NCBI GenBank assembly: GCA_030529825.1
Contig: JAUMWD010000008.1
Span: forward strand, 321-64,320
DNA: 64,000 nt
Source of the DNA: Bacillota bacterium
GTDB lineage: Bacteria > Bacillota > Clostridia > Oscillospirales > Oscillospiraceae
Reading direction: 5' to 3'
Every line of letters begins with the position of its first letter. Within the stretch, counting starts at the first letter, position 1. Position numbers and translations under genes: made by a program. Positions 9,185-18,789 of the stretch are shown in pieces. Below the pieces are notes generated by a model that was not told the DNA's origin, did no database searches, and was given only the letters and a program-made list of their open reading frames with translations.

Positions 9185-10132
9185 ATGAGCAGCTTTAAAG
9201 ACCTTCGTATTGTGGACAATTTCTATCAGACCAGCTCCTACATTCCCATGCCCACAGTTCTTATTTCCACCATAGCAGAAGACGGCAGCACCTCCGTAGG
9301 CTCCTACTCCCTCTGCTTCCCATATTACATTGCAAAGGGTCACAAGGGCTACTACGCGCTTATTCTCGAGGCCCGCAACTCCTCCAACACCGCGCAGCAT
9401 CTGCTGGCAGGACGCAAGCACTGCGCCATCAATTATATGCCCGCAGGTCCCGGCTACAACAAGAAAATCGTTGCACAGGGCTGGGCAGGCGACACACCCG
9501 AGGAAAAGATGAAGAGCTTCGGCTTCACCCTTGAGGAAGGCCTCTGCGCAAAAGAAAATTCCGGGGAGAAGCGCCCTCTGGTGGTTACCGAGGCATATCA
9601 GGTCTTTGAATGCACCTGGATGGACGATCTGGAGGATGCCTACGAGGACATCGGCCGCCAGCTTGTTGACGGCGCATATCCTCCCCCCTACAAAAACTTT
9701 AACGGCATTACCACAGAATTCGGCGCCCACTTTATTCTCCGCATTGACAAGGTTCTCATGAAGCCCGAATACTACGACAACATCATTAACGGTGTCAAGG
9801 GCAGAAGCTGGCCCAATGTTCTCGTCTGCCACGGCTACCGCGACAGCAAGAACTTCTGGTTTGCAAAGACCAGAAAGCTCATCCCCGAAATTCTCCCCAT
9901 CCGTCAGGCAACCCTCAGCTCCGTGCGCTATGCCGCAGACCGCTGCGATCCCAATGTTCACTTCACCGACGATGCCCTCGAAAAGCTCCTCAATGTTCCC
10001 CGCGTATTTCTCCCCACCGCCCTCAAGGGCTGCGTAGCATGGGCAAAGGAAAACGGTGTTGACACCATCACCGCAAAGGAAATGGAAATCATTAACGACA
10101 AGCGCGCCAAGGAAAAGGGAAAGACCAAATAA
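9185..10132 (+). CDS. Flavin-reductase-like (split-barrel FMN-binding) domain protein with long C-terminal extension (tentative)
   Basis: 315 aa; N-terminus PMPTVLISTIAEDGSTSVGSYSLCFP resembles flavin reductase-like domains; AAGAGG SD before ATG 9185. The opposite-strand 376-aa ORF is a shadow. Confidence 0.5.
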   Translation: MSSFKDLRIVDNFYQTSSYIPMPTVLISTIAEDGSTSVGSYSLCFPYYIAKGHKGYYALILEARNSSNTAQHLLAGRKHCAINYMPAGPGYNKKIVAQGWAGDTPEEKMKSFGFTLEEGLCAKENSGEKRPLVVTEAYQVFECTWMDDLEDAYEDIGRQLVDGAYPPPYKNFNGITTEFGAHFILRIDKVLMKPEYYDNIINGVKGRSWPNVLVCHGYRDSKNFWFAKTRKLIPEILPIRQATLSSVRYAADRCDPNVHFTDDALEKLLNVPRVFLPTALKGCVAWAKENGVDTITAKEMEIINDKRAKEKGKTK

Positions 10133-10196
10133 TGCGGGAGTCAAAGCTTGATTCTCTCCGCAAATCTGCGATTTTGAACAGCTTTGCTGACACAGA

Positions 10197-10226
10197 ACGC
10201 CTGCGGCATTGCCGCAGGCGTTTTTC
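10197..10226 (+). terminator. Rho-independent terminator
   Basis: 11-bp stem acgcctgcggc/gccgcaggcgt followed by T5. Confidence 0.7.
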
Positions 10227-10314
10227 TTCTTTGGATTGACATTTTCGGTATAATGTTATATTAATATAATGTTATATTGCATCTTATCACTGACTTATAA
10301 AAGGAACTGTTGCT

Positions 10315-11673
10315 ATGAAAATAGTAATCATAGGCGGCGGCAAGGTGGGTGCTCTTCTCGCCTCGGAGCTGACAAACGAAAATCACGATGTCGTTATCAT
10401 AGACGAGGACAAGGAAAAGGTCAAGCTGTTCTCCGAGACTATGGATGTCATGACACTCCACGGCAACGGAGCTCTTGCCTCCGTTCAGCGTGAGGCGGAT
10501 GTGGACGAGTCCGACCTCGTCATAGCCGTCACCGCCCAGGACGAAATGAACATACTCGCCTGCATCGTGGCCCGAAAATTAGGCTGCCCCAACACCATTG
10601 CCCGCGTGCGTAACCGCGGTTACGCCGAGCAGATGTATATGCTTAAGGATGACCTGGGACTTTCCATGGTCATAAATCCCGAGCTTTTGGCGGCTAAGGA
10701 ATTCTACGGGCTTCTGCAGATGCCCGCCTTTATGAACCGTGACTCCTTTGCAGAGGGCCGTGCGGAAAATGTGGAGCTCGCCGTGGATAAGGACAGCGTT
10801 CTCAACGGTCTGTGTCTTAAGGATATGTCCTCCAAGGTCAATGTCAAGGTTCTGGTCTGTGCGGTGGTGCGTGACGGCAAGGTTTTCATTCCCGACGGTA
10901 ATTTCGTTCTCTCCGAGGGCGACAAGATTTATGTTACGGCTCCCGCGCGTATGCTGGCAAAGCTCACCCACGAGCTCAAGCTGCGCAGCAGAAAATCCAA
11001 AAATGTTCTCATAGTCGGCGGCGGCAAAATCGCCGAATTTCTGGCACCCATGCTCCTCAAAAGCGGCACACGGGTGAAAATAATCGAGAGCGACCGCAAT
11101 CGCTGCAGCTACCTTGCCGAGATTATGCCCGACGCCAGCATCATCTGCTCCGACGGCTCCAGTCAGGCCGTTCTGAAAATGCACAATATCGAGCACATGG
11201 ACGCCGTACTGCCCCTGACAAATATTGACGAGGAAAACATTATCATCGCCATGTTTGCCCGCCGCGTGGGCGTGCCTCAGGTGCTTACCAAAATAAACCG
11301 CATGGAATACGGTGAAATCCTCGGCGACCGCGGCGCAGACGCTTTAGTGAGCTCCAAGGAGCTGTGCTCCTATGAGGTTGTCCGCTTTGTCCGCGCCATG
11401 GAAAACACCGGCGGCAGCGCCGTTCTCACCATTTACAAGCTGGCCGACGGCAAGGCCGAGGCCCAGGAATTTGCGGTTACCGACGCAACAAAAAATCTGG
11501 GCGTGCCTCTCATGAATCTGAAGCTCAAGCCCGGCATACTCATTGCCTGCATCAGCCACAAGGGAAAAATCATCATCCCCGGCGGCTCCGATATGCTCTC
11601 CAGCGGCGATACGGTGGTGGTCGTTACCACCGCAGGCCGTGCCATAATCGACCTTAACGACATTTTTGCATGA
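10315..11673 (+). CDS. trkA: Trk potassium uptake system, NAD-binding subunit TrkA
   Basis: 452 aa; two Rossmann repeats (MKIVIIGGGKVG and VLIVGGGKIA), each followed by an RCK-C-like segment. Confidence 0.88.
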   Translation: MKIVIIGGGKVGALLASELTNENHDVVIIDEDKEKVKLFSETMDVMTLHGNGALASVQREADVDESDLVIAVTAQDEMNILACIVARKLGCPNTIARVRNRGYAEQMYMLKDDLGLSMVINPELLAAKEFYGLLQMPAFMNRDSFAEGRAENVELAVDKDSVLNGLCLKDMSSKVNVKVLVCAVVRDGKVFIPDGNFVLSEGDKIYVTAPARMLAKLTHELKLRSRKSKNVLIVGGGKIAEFLAPMLLKSGTRVKIIESDRNRCSYLAEIMPDASIICSDGSSQAVLKMHNIEHMDAVLPLTNIDEENIIIAMFARRVGVPQVLTKINRMEYGEILGDRGADALVSSKELCSYEVVRFVRAMENTGGSAVLTIYKLADGKAEAQEFAVTDATKNLGVPLMNLKLKPGILIACISHKGKIIIPGGSDMLSSGDTVVVVTTAGRAIIDLNDIFA

Positions 11674-11674
11674 T

Positions 11675-13114
11675 ATGAATTTTAACGCTATAAGAAAAAC
11701 CGTTGGTGTAATACTTTGCATCGAGGCGGGCTTTATGCTTCCGCCTCTGGTTTTTGCGCTCTTTGAGGGCGATTCGGCGGCTGTTGCCGGCTTTGTCACG
11801 GCCATTGCGGCTCTGCTTATTGTGGCTCTGCCCTGTTCACTGATTAAGCGCGGCACAGGCACCTTAGGCGCCCGCGACGGCTGTGTCACCGTTGCCTTTG
11901 CCTGGATTGTCATGTCGCTTTTCGGCGCAATTCCCTATTATGCCAGCGGTGCCATCAGCAGCGTTTCCAATGCGATTTTCGAAACCATCTCCGGCTTCAC
12001 CACCACAGGCACCACCATATTCGCCGATGTTGAAGCCGTTCCAAAGCCCATTCTTCTGTGGCGAAGCATCACGAACTGGCTGGGCGGCATGGGTGTTCTG
12101 GTGTTCCTGCTTGCCATCATTCCCATGGCACGCGAGGGCGGCGCCATGTACCTTCTGCGAGCGGAATTTCCCGGGCCCATGGCAGGAAAGCTCGTTCCGA
12201 GAATGCAGAAAAGCGCAAAGCTGCTCTATGAAATCTACATCCTCATGACCGTTCTTCTGCTTATTCTGCTAAGCTTCGCCATGCCCGTATTCGATGCGGT
12301 GAACATTTCCCTCACCACCGTCAGCACAGGCGGCTTCGCCGTAAAGAACGACAGTCTCATGTCCTACAGCCGTTATGCCCAGATTGTTACCGAGGTGTTC
12401 ATGTTCCTCTGCGGCGTTTCCTTCAGCATATTCTACTGCATCGTGGCGGGAGAATTTCTGCGTATTAAGAGAAACCGCGAGTTCAGAGTATATGCCTTTG
12501 TTATCCTTGCCGCGGCGCTTCTCCTGGGTTTAAGCTGCATAAACAGCTTTGATTCCACGGGTGACGCCATTCACCACTCGCTGTTTAACTCCATCGCCGT
12601 CATCAGCACCACCGCCTTTGTAACCGTTGACCCGAAGCTGTGGTCAGACTTTGCCAAGGCAATGTTCGTTGTGCTGATGCTCACAGGACCCATGGCGGGC
12701 TCCACCGGCGGCGGCATCAAGCTCTCCCGAATCATGATTACGCTCAAGTCCACTTATCGCAACCTGGCAAGGACAATCGTTCCCAACTCCACCCACCTCA
12801 TCCATCAGGACGGCGACATCGTGGACGAGGAGACCGTTTCCACCGTCAACAGCTTTTTGGTGGCCTATGCCTTCTTCGCTGTGGTCAGCGCCGTACTGCT
12901 TTCCCTTGAGGGCATAAGCTTCGGCGAAGGTGTCACCGCGGCAATCTCCTGCATGGGCAATGTGGGACTGGGTGTGGATGCCTCGACCTTCTCCATGGGC
13001 GTTGCCCATACCAGCGTGCTCAGCAAGCTGGTGCTGTGCTTTGATATGTTCCTGGGCAGACTCGAAATATTCCCCCTGCTGATAGTCTTCGCCCCGGGTA
13101 CATGGAGAAAATAG
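11675..13114 (+). CDS. trkH: Trk potassium uptake system, membrane subunit TrkH
   Basis: 479 aa polytopic; filter-like ISGFTTTGTT / STGGFA / GSTGGGIK; ATG 11675 just after the trkA stop (track start 11666 is TTG). Confidence 0.88.
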   Translation: MNFNAIRKTVGVILCIEAGFMLPPLVFALFEGDSAAVAGFVTAIAALLIVALPCSLIKRGTGTLGARDGCVTVAFAWIVMSLFGAIPYYASGAISSVSNAIFETISGFTTTGTTIFADVEAVPKPILLWRSITNWLGGMGVLVFLLAIIPMAREGGAMYLLRAEFPGPMAGKLVPRMQKSAKLLYEIYILMTVLLLILLSFAMPVFDAVNISLTTVSTGGFAVKNDSLMSYSRYAQIVTEVFMFLCGVSFSIFYCIVAGEFLRIKRNREFRVYAFVILAAALLLGLSCINSFDSTGDAIHHSLFNSIAVISTTAFVTVDPKLWSDFAKAMFVVLMLTGPMAGSTGGGIKLSRIMITLKSTYRNLARTIVPNSTHLIHQDGDIVDEETVSTVNSFLVAYAFFAVVSAVLLSLEGISFGEGVTAAISCMGNVGLGVDASTFSMGVAHTSVLSKLVLCFDMFLGRLEIFPLLIVFAPGTWRK

Positions 13115-13115
13115 C

Positions 13116-13157
13116 AAAAATACCGATGCGATCAGATTAATCGCATCGGTATTTTTT
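13116..13157. terminator. Bidirectional terminator between convergent trkH and methyltransferase gene
   Basis: 11-bp stem taccgatgcga/tcgcatcggta flanked by A5 and T6. Confidence 0.7.
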
Positions 13158-13980
13158 ATCGGCAAAGCTGCCAGAAGGCCACGGCAGAGGCCGCCGCAAC
13201 ATTCAGGGAGTCAACTCCGTGGTACATGGGAATTTTCACCGTATAGTCGCAGTCGGCAATGGTCTCCTCCACAAGTCCGTCACCCTCGGTGCCGAGGATG
13301 ATCGCCAGCTTTTCCTCCGCCATAAGGGCAGGATCATCAATGCTGACGGAGTTATCCGAAAGCGCCATGGCAGCGGTTTTGAAGCCCATTTCCTTCAGCA
13401 TATCCAAGCCCGGGTGAGGCCACTCGTCCACATATTTGCCGATATACGCCCAGGGCACCTGAAAAACGGTTCCCATGCTGACGCGCACACTGCGGCGGTA
13501 AAGGGGATCGGTGCAGGCGGGAGTCAGCACAACAGCCTCAACGCCCAAAGCGGCGGCGGAACGGAAAATCGCACCTAAATTTGTGGGATTGACCACATTC
13601 TCCAAAACGGCAATGCGCCGCGCATTTTTGCAGATATCCTCCACCTTTGCCTCGGGAGGACGCTTCATGGCGCAGAGCACGCCCCGCACGAGCTTGAAGC
13701 CCGTGATTTTAGTCAGAATATCGAGGTCGGAAACGAAAACGGGAATATCGCCGCAGCGGGCAATGACCTCCTTCGCCTGCGTCTCCACATGACCGCGCTC
13801 CATGAGCATGGAAACAGGCTCACAGCCGAAATCAAGAGCTCGCTCAATGACCTTGGGGCTTTCGGCGATAAACAGTCCGCCCTTGGGCGCTTCGTAGTTG
13901 AGAAGCTGGGCCTCCGTAAGGCGTGCGTAAATGTCAAGCTCCGGTGCGTTATAATCTGTTATTTCTATTACATTGGGCAT
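13156..13980 (-). CDS. TrmH/SpoU-family RNA 2'-O-methyltransferase
   Basis: 274 aa from ATG 13980 (GGAGG SD); motifs NPTNLGAIFRSAAALG, IILGTEGDGL, IPMYHGVDSLNVAAA. Confidence 0.8.
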   Translation of the reverse strand: MPNVIEITDYNAPELDIYARLTEAQLLNYEAPKGGLFIAESPKVIERALDFGCEPVSMLMERGHVETQAKEVIARCGDIPVFVSDLDILTKITGFKLVRGVLCAMKRPPEAKVEDICKNARRIAVLENVVNPTNLGAIFRSAAALGVEAVVLTPACTDPLYRRSVRVSMGTVFQVPWAYIGKYVDEWPHPGLDMLKEMGFKTAAMALSDNSVSIDDPALMAEEKLAIILGTEGDGLVEETIADCDYTVKIPMYHGVDSLNVAAASAVAFWQLCR

Positions 13981-14103
13981 AATCTGCCTCCAAAGCACAA
14001 GGTATATGCGATTATACCACAGCCTTTTGCATTTTTAAAGAACAGCTTGCGGAGAAATGTGCAATATGGTACATTAAAATCATAAATGAGAGAGAGGTGC
14101 TAT

Positions 14104-14763
14104 ATGGATAACAACACCAGACGCCTGAAAAATATGGCCTATATTTCCGACACAAGGCTTGTTTTGAAGCAGTTCAAGACAAAATGGTTCGTGCGCAAAT
14201 ACCGCCGCATGATTTCCTTTAATCTTCCGCGGGTGAATTATCTGCTCAAGCGCATGGGTGTGCATCGCAAGGGCTTTGCCTATCTTGAACCTCCTTTCTC
14301 CTGCGACTACGGCGACAACCTTTATCTGGGTGACAACTTCTATGCCAACACGGGCTTCACGGTGCTTGATGTGGGCAAAGTCACCATCGGCGACAACGCT
14401 CAAATCGGCCCCAATGTCACCATAACCACCGCAGGTCATCCCGTGCATCCTCAGGCGCGGAACACCCACTATGAATACGGCATCGACATCACCATCGGAG
14501 ACAATGTATGGCTGGGCGCAGGCACCATTGTTCTACCCGGTGTGCATATCGGAAACAATGTAACCATCGGCGCAGGCTCCGTTGTCAACAAGGATGTTCC
14601 CGACAACGTTATTGCCGCAGGTGTACCCTGCAGGGTCATCCGCGAAATTACCGACGAGGACATGAGATATTACTTCAAGGACCGCGAATTTGACGACGAG
14701 GCATGGGAGGTTGTCAAGGCAGGCGGAGACGATTGGAAGAGCATAATTAAGAACAAAAAATAA
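14104..14763 (+). CDS. maa: Sugar O-acetyltransferase (maltose/galactoside acetyltransferase family, left-handed beta-helix)
   Basis: 219 aa; hexapeptide repeats IGDNAQIGPNVTI...IGDNVWLGAGTIVLPGVHIGNNVTIGAGSVV. Confidence 0.8.
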   Translation: MDNNTRRLKNMAYISDTRLVLKQFKTKWFVRKYRRMISFNLPRVNYLLKRMGVHRKGFAYLEPPFSCDYGDNLYLGDNFYANTGFTVLDVGKVTIGDNAQIGPNVTITTAGHPVHPQARNTHYEYGIDITIGDNVWLGAGTIVLPGVHIGNNVTIGAGSVVNKDVPDNVIAAGVPCRVIREITDEDMRYYFKDREFDDEAWEVVKAGGDDWKSIIKNKK

Positions 14764-14790
14764 GAGGCTTAATAAGCCTCTTATTTTTTG
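14755..14790. terminator. Bidirectional terminator between convergent maa and MATE gene
   Basis: 9-bp stem aagaggctt/aagcctctt flanked by A6 and T6. Confidence 0.65.
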
Positions 14791-16142
14791 TTTTCAACCC
14801 TTTTGAACAGCCGCCAAAGAACGAAAATTGCGGCGGCGCACAGAACGAATTCAGCCACGAGCTGGGAATATGCCATGCCGTAAAGGGGCCATATTCTGTT
14901 GAGCAAAAGCAGTGCGGGAATCTCCAGGGCCACTTTTCGCAAAACGGCAAAAACAAGAGACTCCTTTCCCATGCCCACGGCCTGAAAAATGCCCACGGCG
15001 AGGAAGTCAACCGCAAGGAAGGGCAAGCCCAGACAGAAGCCGCGCAGGAAAGCTCCGCCGTAGGAAACGATGTCTCCGTTTTTCATAAACAGGCGGATGA
15101 TGTCCTCCGCAAAGATAAAATACAGCGCCGCAGCGGTGAGGATAAAGCCCACTGTGAGCTTCAGCGTAAACACGATTGCCTTTTTCATGCGCTCTCCGTT
15201 GCCCGCGGAATAGTTATAGCCCACAAGGGGCATTATGCCCTGGCCCAGGCCCATGGAAATGTACATGGGGACCATATTCACCTTGTGGGTGATGCCCATG
15301 GCCGCAACCGCCGCCGTACCGAAGGGTGCGGTGAGATTATTCAGCACGGTCATGCCCGTCACATTCAGAAGGTTCTGAATTGCGGCGGGAATTCCCACGG
15401 CGAAGGCGCCGAGAACAATGGCTTTTCTGAAGCCGAACATTTTCGGGCTGAGGTCCACAAAGGTGCTCCTGCGGTTTTTCATCAGGAACACGAGGTAGTA
15501 GAGGCAGGCCACACAGTTGGAAATAAATGTGGCGCAGCCCGCACCTGCGGCGCCCATGTCAAGGCCCCAGGGCATGATGAAAACGGGGTCAAGAATGACA
15601 TTCAGCACACAGCCGCTGATGACGCCTATGCTGGCCTTTGCCGAGGAGCCCTCGGCGCGAATCATAAAGGACAGCACCACATTGAGTATGGCAGGAGCAG
15701 CACCCAGAGTCACCGTCCAGAGCATATACTGCCTTGTGGCAAGCTCCGCCCGGGCATCAACGCCCAAAAGGCTCAAAAGTCCCGGCTGAAGCACCACGCT
15801 TGCAAGGGAAAACAGCAGGCCGCAGATCATTGCGGAATAAAAGCCGAAGGCGGCGGTGCGCCGCACCGTGTCATAATCCTTTGCGCCCAAAGCGCGGCTC
15901 ATAAGGCTTGAGCAGCCCGTGCCGAAGAGATTGTTGACAGCGTTAAAGGCCAGCAGCACCGGGGCGGCATAGGTCACGGCGGCGGTCTGCACGGGGCTGT
16001 TGATAAAGCCCACGAAGTATGTATCCGCAAGGTTATACAGCACCATTACAAGGCAGCTTATGACCGTGGGTACAGCTAACTTCGCCACAGCCTTGGGAAT
16101 GGGCATTGATTCAAAAATTTCGGTTTTTTTCGCGTCTAACAT
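14781..16142 (-). CDS. MATE family efflux transporter
   Basis: ~453 aa, 12 predicted TM; N-terminus LAVPTVISCLVMVLYNLADTYFVG is typical of MATE. Start uncertain (ATG 16142 versus TTG 16184). Confidence 0.8.
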   Translation of the reverse strand: MLDAKKTEIFESMPIPKAVAKLAVPTVISCLVMVLYNLADTYFVGFINSPVQTAAVTYAAPVLLAFNAVNNLFGTGCSSLMSRALGAKDYDTVRRTAAFGFYSAMICGLLFSLASVVLQPGLLSLLGVDARAELATRQYMLWTVTLGAAPAILNVVLSFMIRAEGSSAKASIGVISGCVLNVILDPVFIMPWGLDMGAAGAGCATFISNCVACLYYLVFLMKNRRSTFVDLSPKMFGFRKAIVLGAFAVGIPAAIQNLLNVTGMTVLNNLTAPFGTAAVAAMGITHKVNMVPMYISMGLGQGIMPLVGYNYSAGNGERMKKAIVFTLKLTVGFILTAAALYFIFAEDIIRLFMKNGDIVSYGGAFLRGFCLGLPFLAVDFLAVGIFQAVGMGKESLVFAVLRKVALEIPALLLLNRIWPLYGMAYSQLVAEFVLCAAAIFVLWRLFKRVENKK

Positions 16143-16197
16143 GAAATCACACTTAAAGGTTTGTTTTCCACATTCTATGCTCAAAGCGTTTATTTGT

Positions 16198-16238
16198 CAA
16201 ATGCGGCAGGGAACGGTTTTTGTTCCCTGCCGCAGCGT
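16198..16238 (-). terminator. Terminator of the merR-ABC operon
   Basis: 13-bp perfect stem tgcggcagggaac/gttccctgccgca (16202-16234) just downstream of the permease stop. Confidence 0.6.
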
Positions 16239-16239
16239 T

Positions 16240-17010
16240 TTATATTTGCTTTTTATTCAGAATGGGGATGCTCAAGGCAAAGCACAGGACACACAGAGCA
16301 AGTGAAATAATAATCGCCGCGGTGTATGCTCCCGTATCCGCCGCCCCCACAAGAAGCGGCGTGCTGTTCATAAGCTCCGCAGGGGAATACTTCCCCACCT
16401 TGGGGAGCAGGCTTAGGAGGTATATGACAAGAAAGGCTCCGCCGGTTCCCGCAAGCACCACAATGTTGGATTTCGCCACAGCGGAGAAGAACACCATGAG
16501 CATGACGGTGAGCAGACCCGCAAGCCACCAGCACATTACGGAAAAGCCCAGATTGCAGGCAACGGAGTTATCCCAAAAATATCCGTTTATTCCGTAGGTT
16601 ATGCCAAAGCATAGCCAGTAGTACAGAGTCCACAGCACAAAAAGCACCAGCGTCTTTGAGGCCAGCACCTTCCAGCGCTCAAGACCCTTTGTCAGGGCAA
16701 GCACCAGCGTTCCCGAGCGGTATTCCTTTGTGAAAATACTGCTTTCAAGGATAATTAACACCATAAGTCCCATGGGGATATTCTTGAAAAACTGCACCCA
16801 CGAATCCATGGCGCTTACGGTCACCGCAGTTACGGTCATGCCGCTTTCCGCAAGAGTTTCCGACAGCATATCCATGAGCCAGGGCGTGAGCTTCGCCACG
16901 GCGGGATTCATGATACCCAGCAGAACAAAAACGCCGAGAAGAACAAAAAACTTTGCGGAGCGGAGCTGCTCCTTCCAATCCTTTTTCATAAACGCAAGCA
17001 GGGATTTCAT
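16240..17010 (-). CDS. ABC-2 type exporter permease
   Basis: 256 aa, ~6 TM; ATG overlaps the stop of the upstream ATPase (ATGA). Confidence 0.7.
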   Translation of the reverse strand: MKSLLAFMKKDWKEQLRSAKFFVLLGVFVLLGIMNPAVAKLTPWLMDMLSETLAESGMTVTAVTVSAMDSWVQFFKNIPMGLMVLIILESSIFTKEYRSGTLVLALTKGLERWKVLASKTLVLFVLWTLYYWLCFGITYGINGYFWDNSVACNLGFSVMCWWLAGLLTVMLMVFFSAVAKSNIVVLAGTGGAFLVIYLLSLLPKVGKYSPAELMNSTPLLVGAADTGAYTAAIIISLALCVLCFALSIPILNKKQI

Positions 17011-17900
17011 TTCTCCACCACCTCCATGAAAAGAGATTCGAGAGTGGGCTCCACCCGCTCCGCCTTCAGCAGAGGTATTTTTCGCTGCGCCACAAAGCTC
17101 AGCACATCAAAAAATGTGTTTTCGGATTCCCTGAAGGAGAGCTTATTCACGCCGGTTTTTCGCATATCGGAAAAGCTCTGCAAAAGTATCTGCAAATCTC
17201 CCTCGTTTTCCGTCTCCAGAAGATATTCCTCGCTGCGGTATTTTGACTTAATCTCCGAAAGCTTTCCCTGCAAATCGGCAACGCCGTTATTCAGGAAGGC
17301 GATGTCCGTGCAAATTCTCTCCACATCCGAAAGAATGTGGGTGGAAAACAGCACCGTTGTTTCGTCTCTCACGGCGGAGAGGATGTCGAGAATTTCCTTT
17401 CTGCCCACAGGGTCAAGGGCAGAGGTGGGCTCATCGCAGATGAGGAGCTTCGGTCTGCTGAGCAGAGCCTGGGCTATACCCAGCCGCTGCTTCATACCGC
17501 GGGAAAAGCCCTTTATACGGTGTTTTTCAGAGGAAAGACCTACCAGCTCAAGAAGCTCGCCGCTGCGTGCTTTCAGCTCTGTACGCTCCATGCCCGTAAT
17601 CTCTCCGCAGAATGAGAGATATTCCGGCGCCGTCATGAAGGAATAAAACTCAGGCACATCGGGCAGGTAGCCTATATGGCGGTTGGTTGCGGTCTGGCCG
17701 TAAACCGCCTTTTCCCCCGCAACGAAAATCTCGCCGCCGTCGGCCTTATGAAGACCCAGCACGGTTTTCATGGCTGTGGTTTTTCCCGCGCCGTTTTTTC
17801 CGATGAAGCCGAAAACGCTGTGCTCCGGAACGGTCATTGTAAGACCCTTCAGGACTTCCTTGTCTCCGAAGCTCTTTTCAAGCTTTTCAATCTGAAGCAT
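17007..17900 (-). CDS. ABC transporter ATP-binding protein
   Basis: 297 aa from ATG 17900 (MLQIEKLEKSF); Walker A GKNGAGKTT, signature FSRGMKQRL, Walker B LLICDEP. Confidence 0.88.
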   Translation of the reverse strand: MLQIEKLEKSFGDKEVLKGLTMTVPEHSVFGFIGKNGAGKTTAMKTVLGLHKADGGEIFVAGEKAVYGQTATNRHIGYLPDVPEFYSFMTAPEYLSFCGEITGMERTELKARSGELLELVGLSSEKHRIKGFSRGMKQRLGIAQALLSRPKLLICDEPTSALDPVGRKEILDILSAVRDETTVLFSTHILSDVERICTDIAFLNNGVADLQGKLSEIKSKYRSEEYLLETENEGDLQILLQSFSDMRKTGVNKLSFRESENTFFDVLSFVAQRKIPLLKAERVEPTLESLFMEVVEK

Positions 17901-18627
17901 TTTCCGTTTCTTCCTTTCCGTAGGTTTCAACGCAGAAGCCGTGATGGCCGCATTCGGTGCAGGTCAGCTTTCTCGCGTGGAGCGTGTGCCGCGCCCAAAA
18001 GGCTTCCTTAAATGTTGGCTTGAACACCTTATGGCACTGTGGACATATGTAGGCAACACTATTGAGATAATAGCGCGACACCAGAATGGCGAAGGGAATG
18101 TCCACCAGCAGATACGCAATAAACGGCCACCATATTCCCGTGACTATCCATATGATAATGGAAGCAAGCTCCATGGCGACAAGCGGAATTCCCACCAGGA
18201 GCATATTGGTGTAAACCTTTTTCAGTTTCTTTTTGTTTTCCATAATCAGCGCCATGTCACCGATGTCCTGCGAGTCCGGCTTTTCGATTTTGCTCAAGCC
18301 CTTTTTAAGCTCCGTGAGCTTGTCGAGCTTTTCCTTCTTTTCGGAAATCTCATCCCGCAGAGCCGTCTCCTGCTGCTCTAGCAGCAGGGATATCACATTT
18401 TCCGGCTGTTCCTCGGACAAAAGCTCTGAAATGCTGTCAAGGGACAGACCTACCTCCCGCAGAAAACAGATAATCTTAAGCCGACGCAAATCCGAATCCG
18501 AATAAAGGCGTCTTCCGCCCTCGCTGAGGCTGGTCGGAACGAGAATGCCTCTGCCGTCATAGTACTGCACCGTCCGCACAGTAACTCCGCAGAGCTTCGC
18601 AATTTCTCCGGTTGAATATTCTGACAT
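17887..18627 (-). CDS. MerR-family transcriptional regulator fused to two TM helices and a C-terminal zinc ribbon
   Basis: 246 aa; HTH YSTGEIAKLCGVTVRTVQYYDGRGIL, coiled coil, hydrophobic LLVGIPLVAMELASIIIWIV and WWPFIAYLLVDIPFAILV, then CPQC...CTEC. Confidence 0.8.
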   Translation of the reverse strand: MSEYSTGEIAKLCGVTVRTVQYYDGRGILVPTSLSEGGRRLYSDSDLRRLKIICFLREVGLSLDSISELLSEEQPENVISLLLEQQETALRDEISEKKEKLDKLTELKKGLSKIEKPDSQDIGDMALIMENKKKLKKVYTNMLLVGIPLVAMELASIIIWIVTGIWWPFIAYLLVDIPFAILVSRYYLNSVAYICPQCHKVFKPTFKEAFWARHTLHARKLTCTECGHHGFCVETYGKEETENASD

Positions 18628-18650
18628 AGCTTTTTCACCTCCGTGACCCC

Positions 18651-18681
18651 ACTATACAGCATTACGCAGCGTAACAAGCAA
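18651..18681 (-). promoter_or_regulatory. MerR-type promoter/operator: -35 TTGCTT, 19-bp spacer with palindrome TTACGC-N-GCGTAA, -10 TATAGT
   Basis: Read on the minus strand: TTGCTT gttacgctgcgtaatgctg TATAGT. The over-long 19-bp spacer with a centred 13-bp perfect palindrome (18662-18674) is the MerR-family hallmark; a near copy lies at 18687-18702. Confidence 0.6.
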
Positions 18682-18789
18682 TACCCTACGCAGAGTAACA
18701 AGTAATTTTTTATAAATAATATCAAAAATTTCCCCTTTATACAATGCTCATGTGCGCCTGCAAAACATTTATTTAACAGCGCAGGTTTA

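Noticed and set aside
9014-10144. Long antisense ORFs opposite confident genes. Examples: 9014..10144 -, 8067..9083 -, 19613..20803 -, 25110..26075 +, 27645..28646 -, 54966..56288 -, 59229..60350 +, 22736..23623 +, 7238..8041 -.
   Set aside because: They are Gly/Ala/Val/Arg-rich with no recognisable motifs and no SD. They mirror genes with clear family signatures, which makes them typical shadow ORFs of GC3-rich coding sequence.
10133-10314. c-di-AMP (ydaO-type) riboswitch upstream of trkAH.
   Set aside because: The distance from the putative promoter to the ATG is only a few tens of nt, far too short for that riboswitch.
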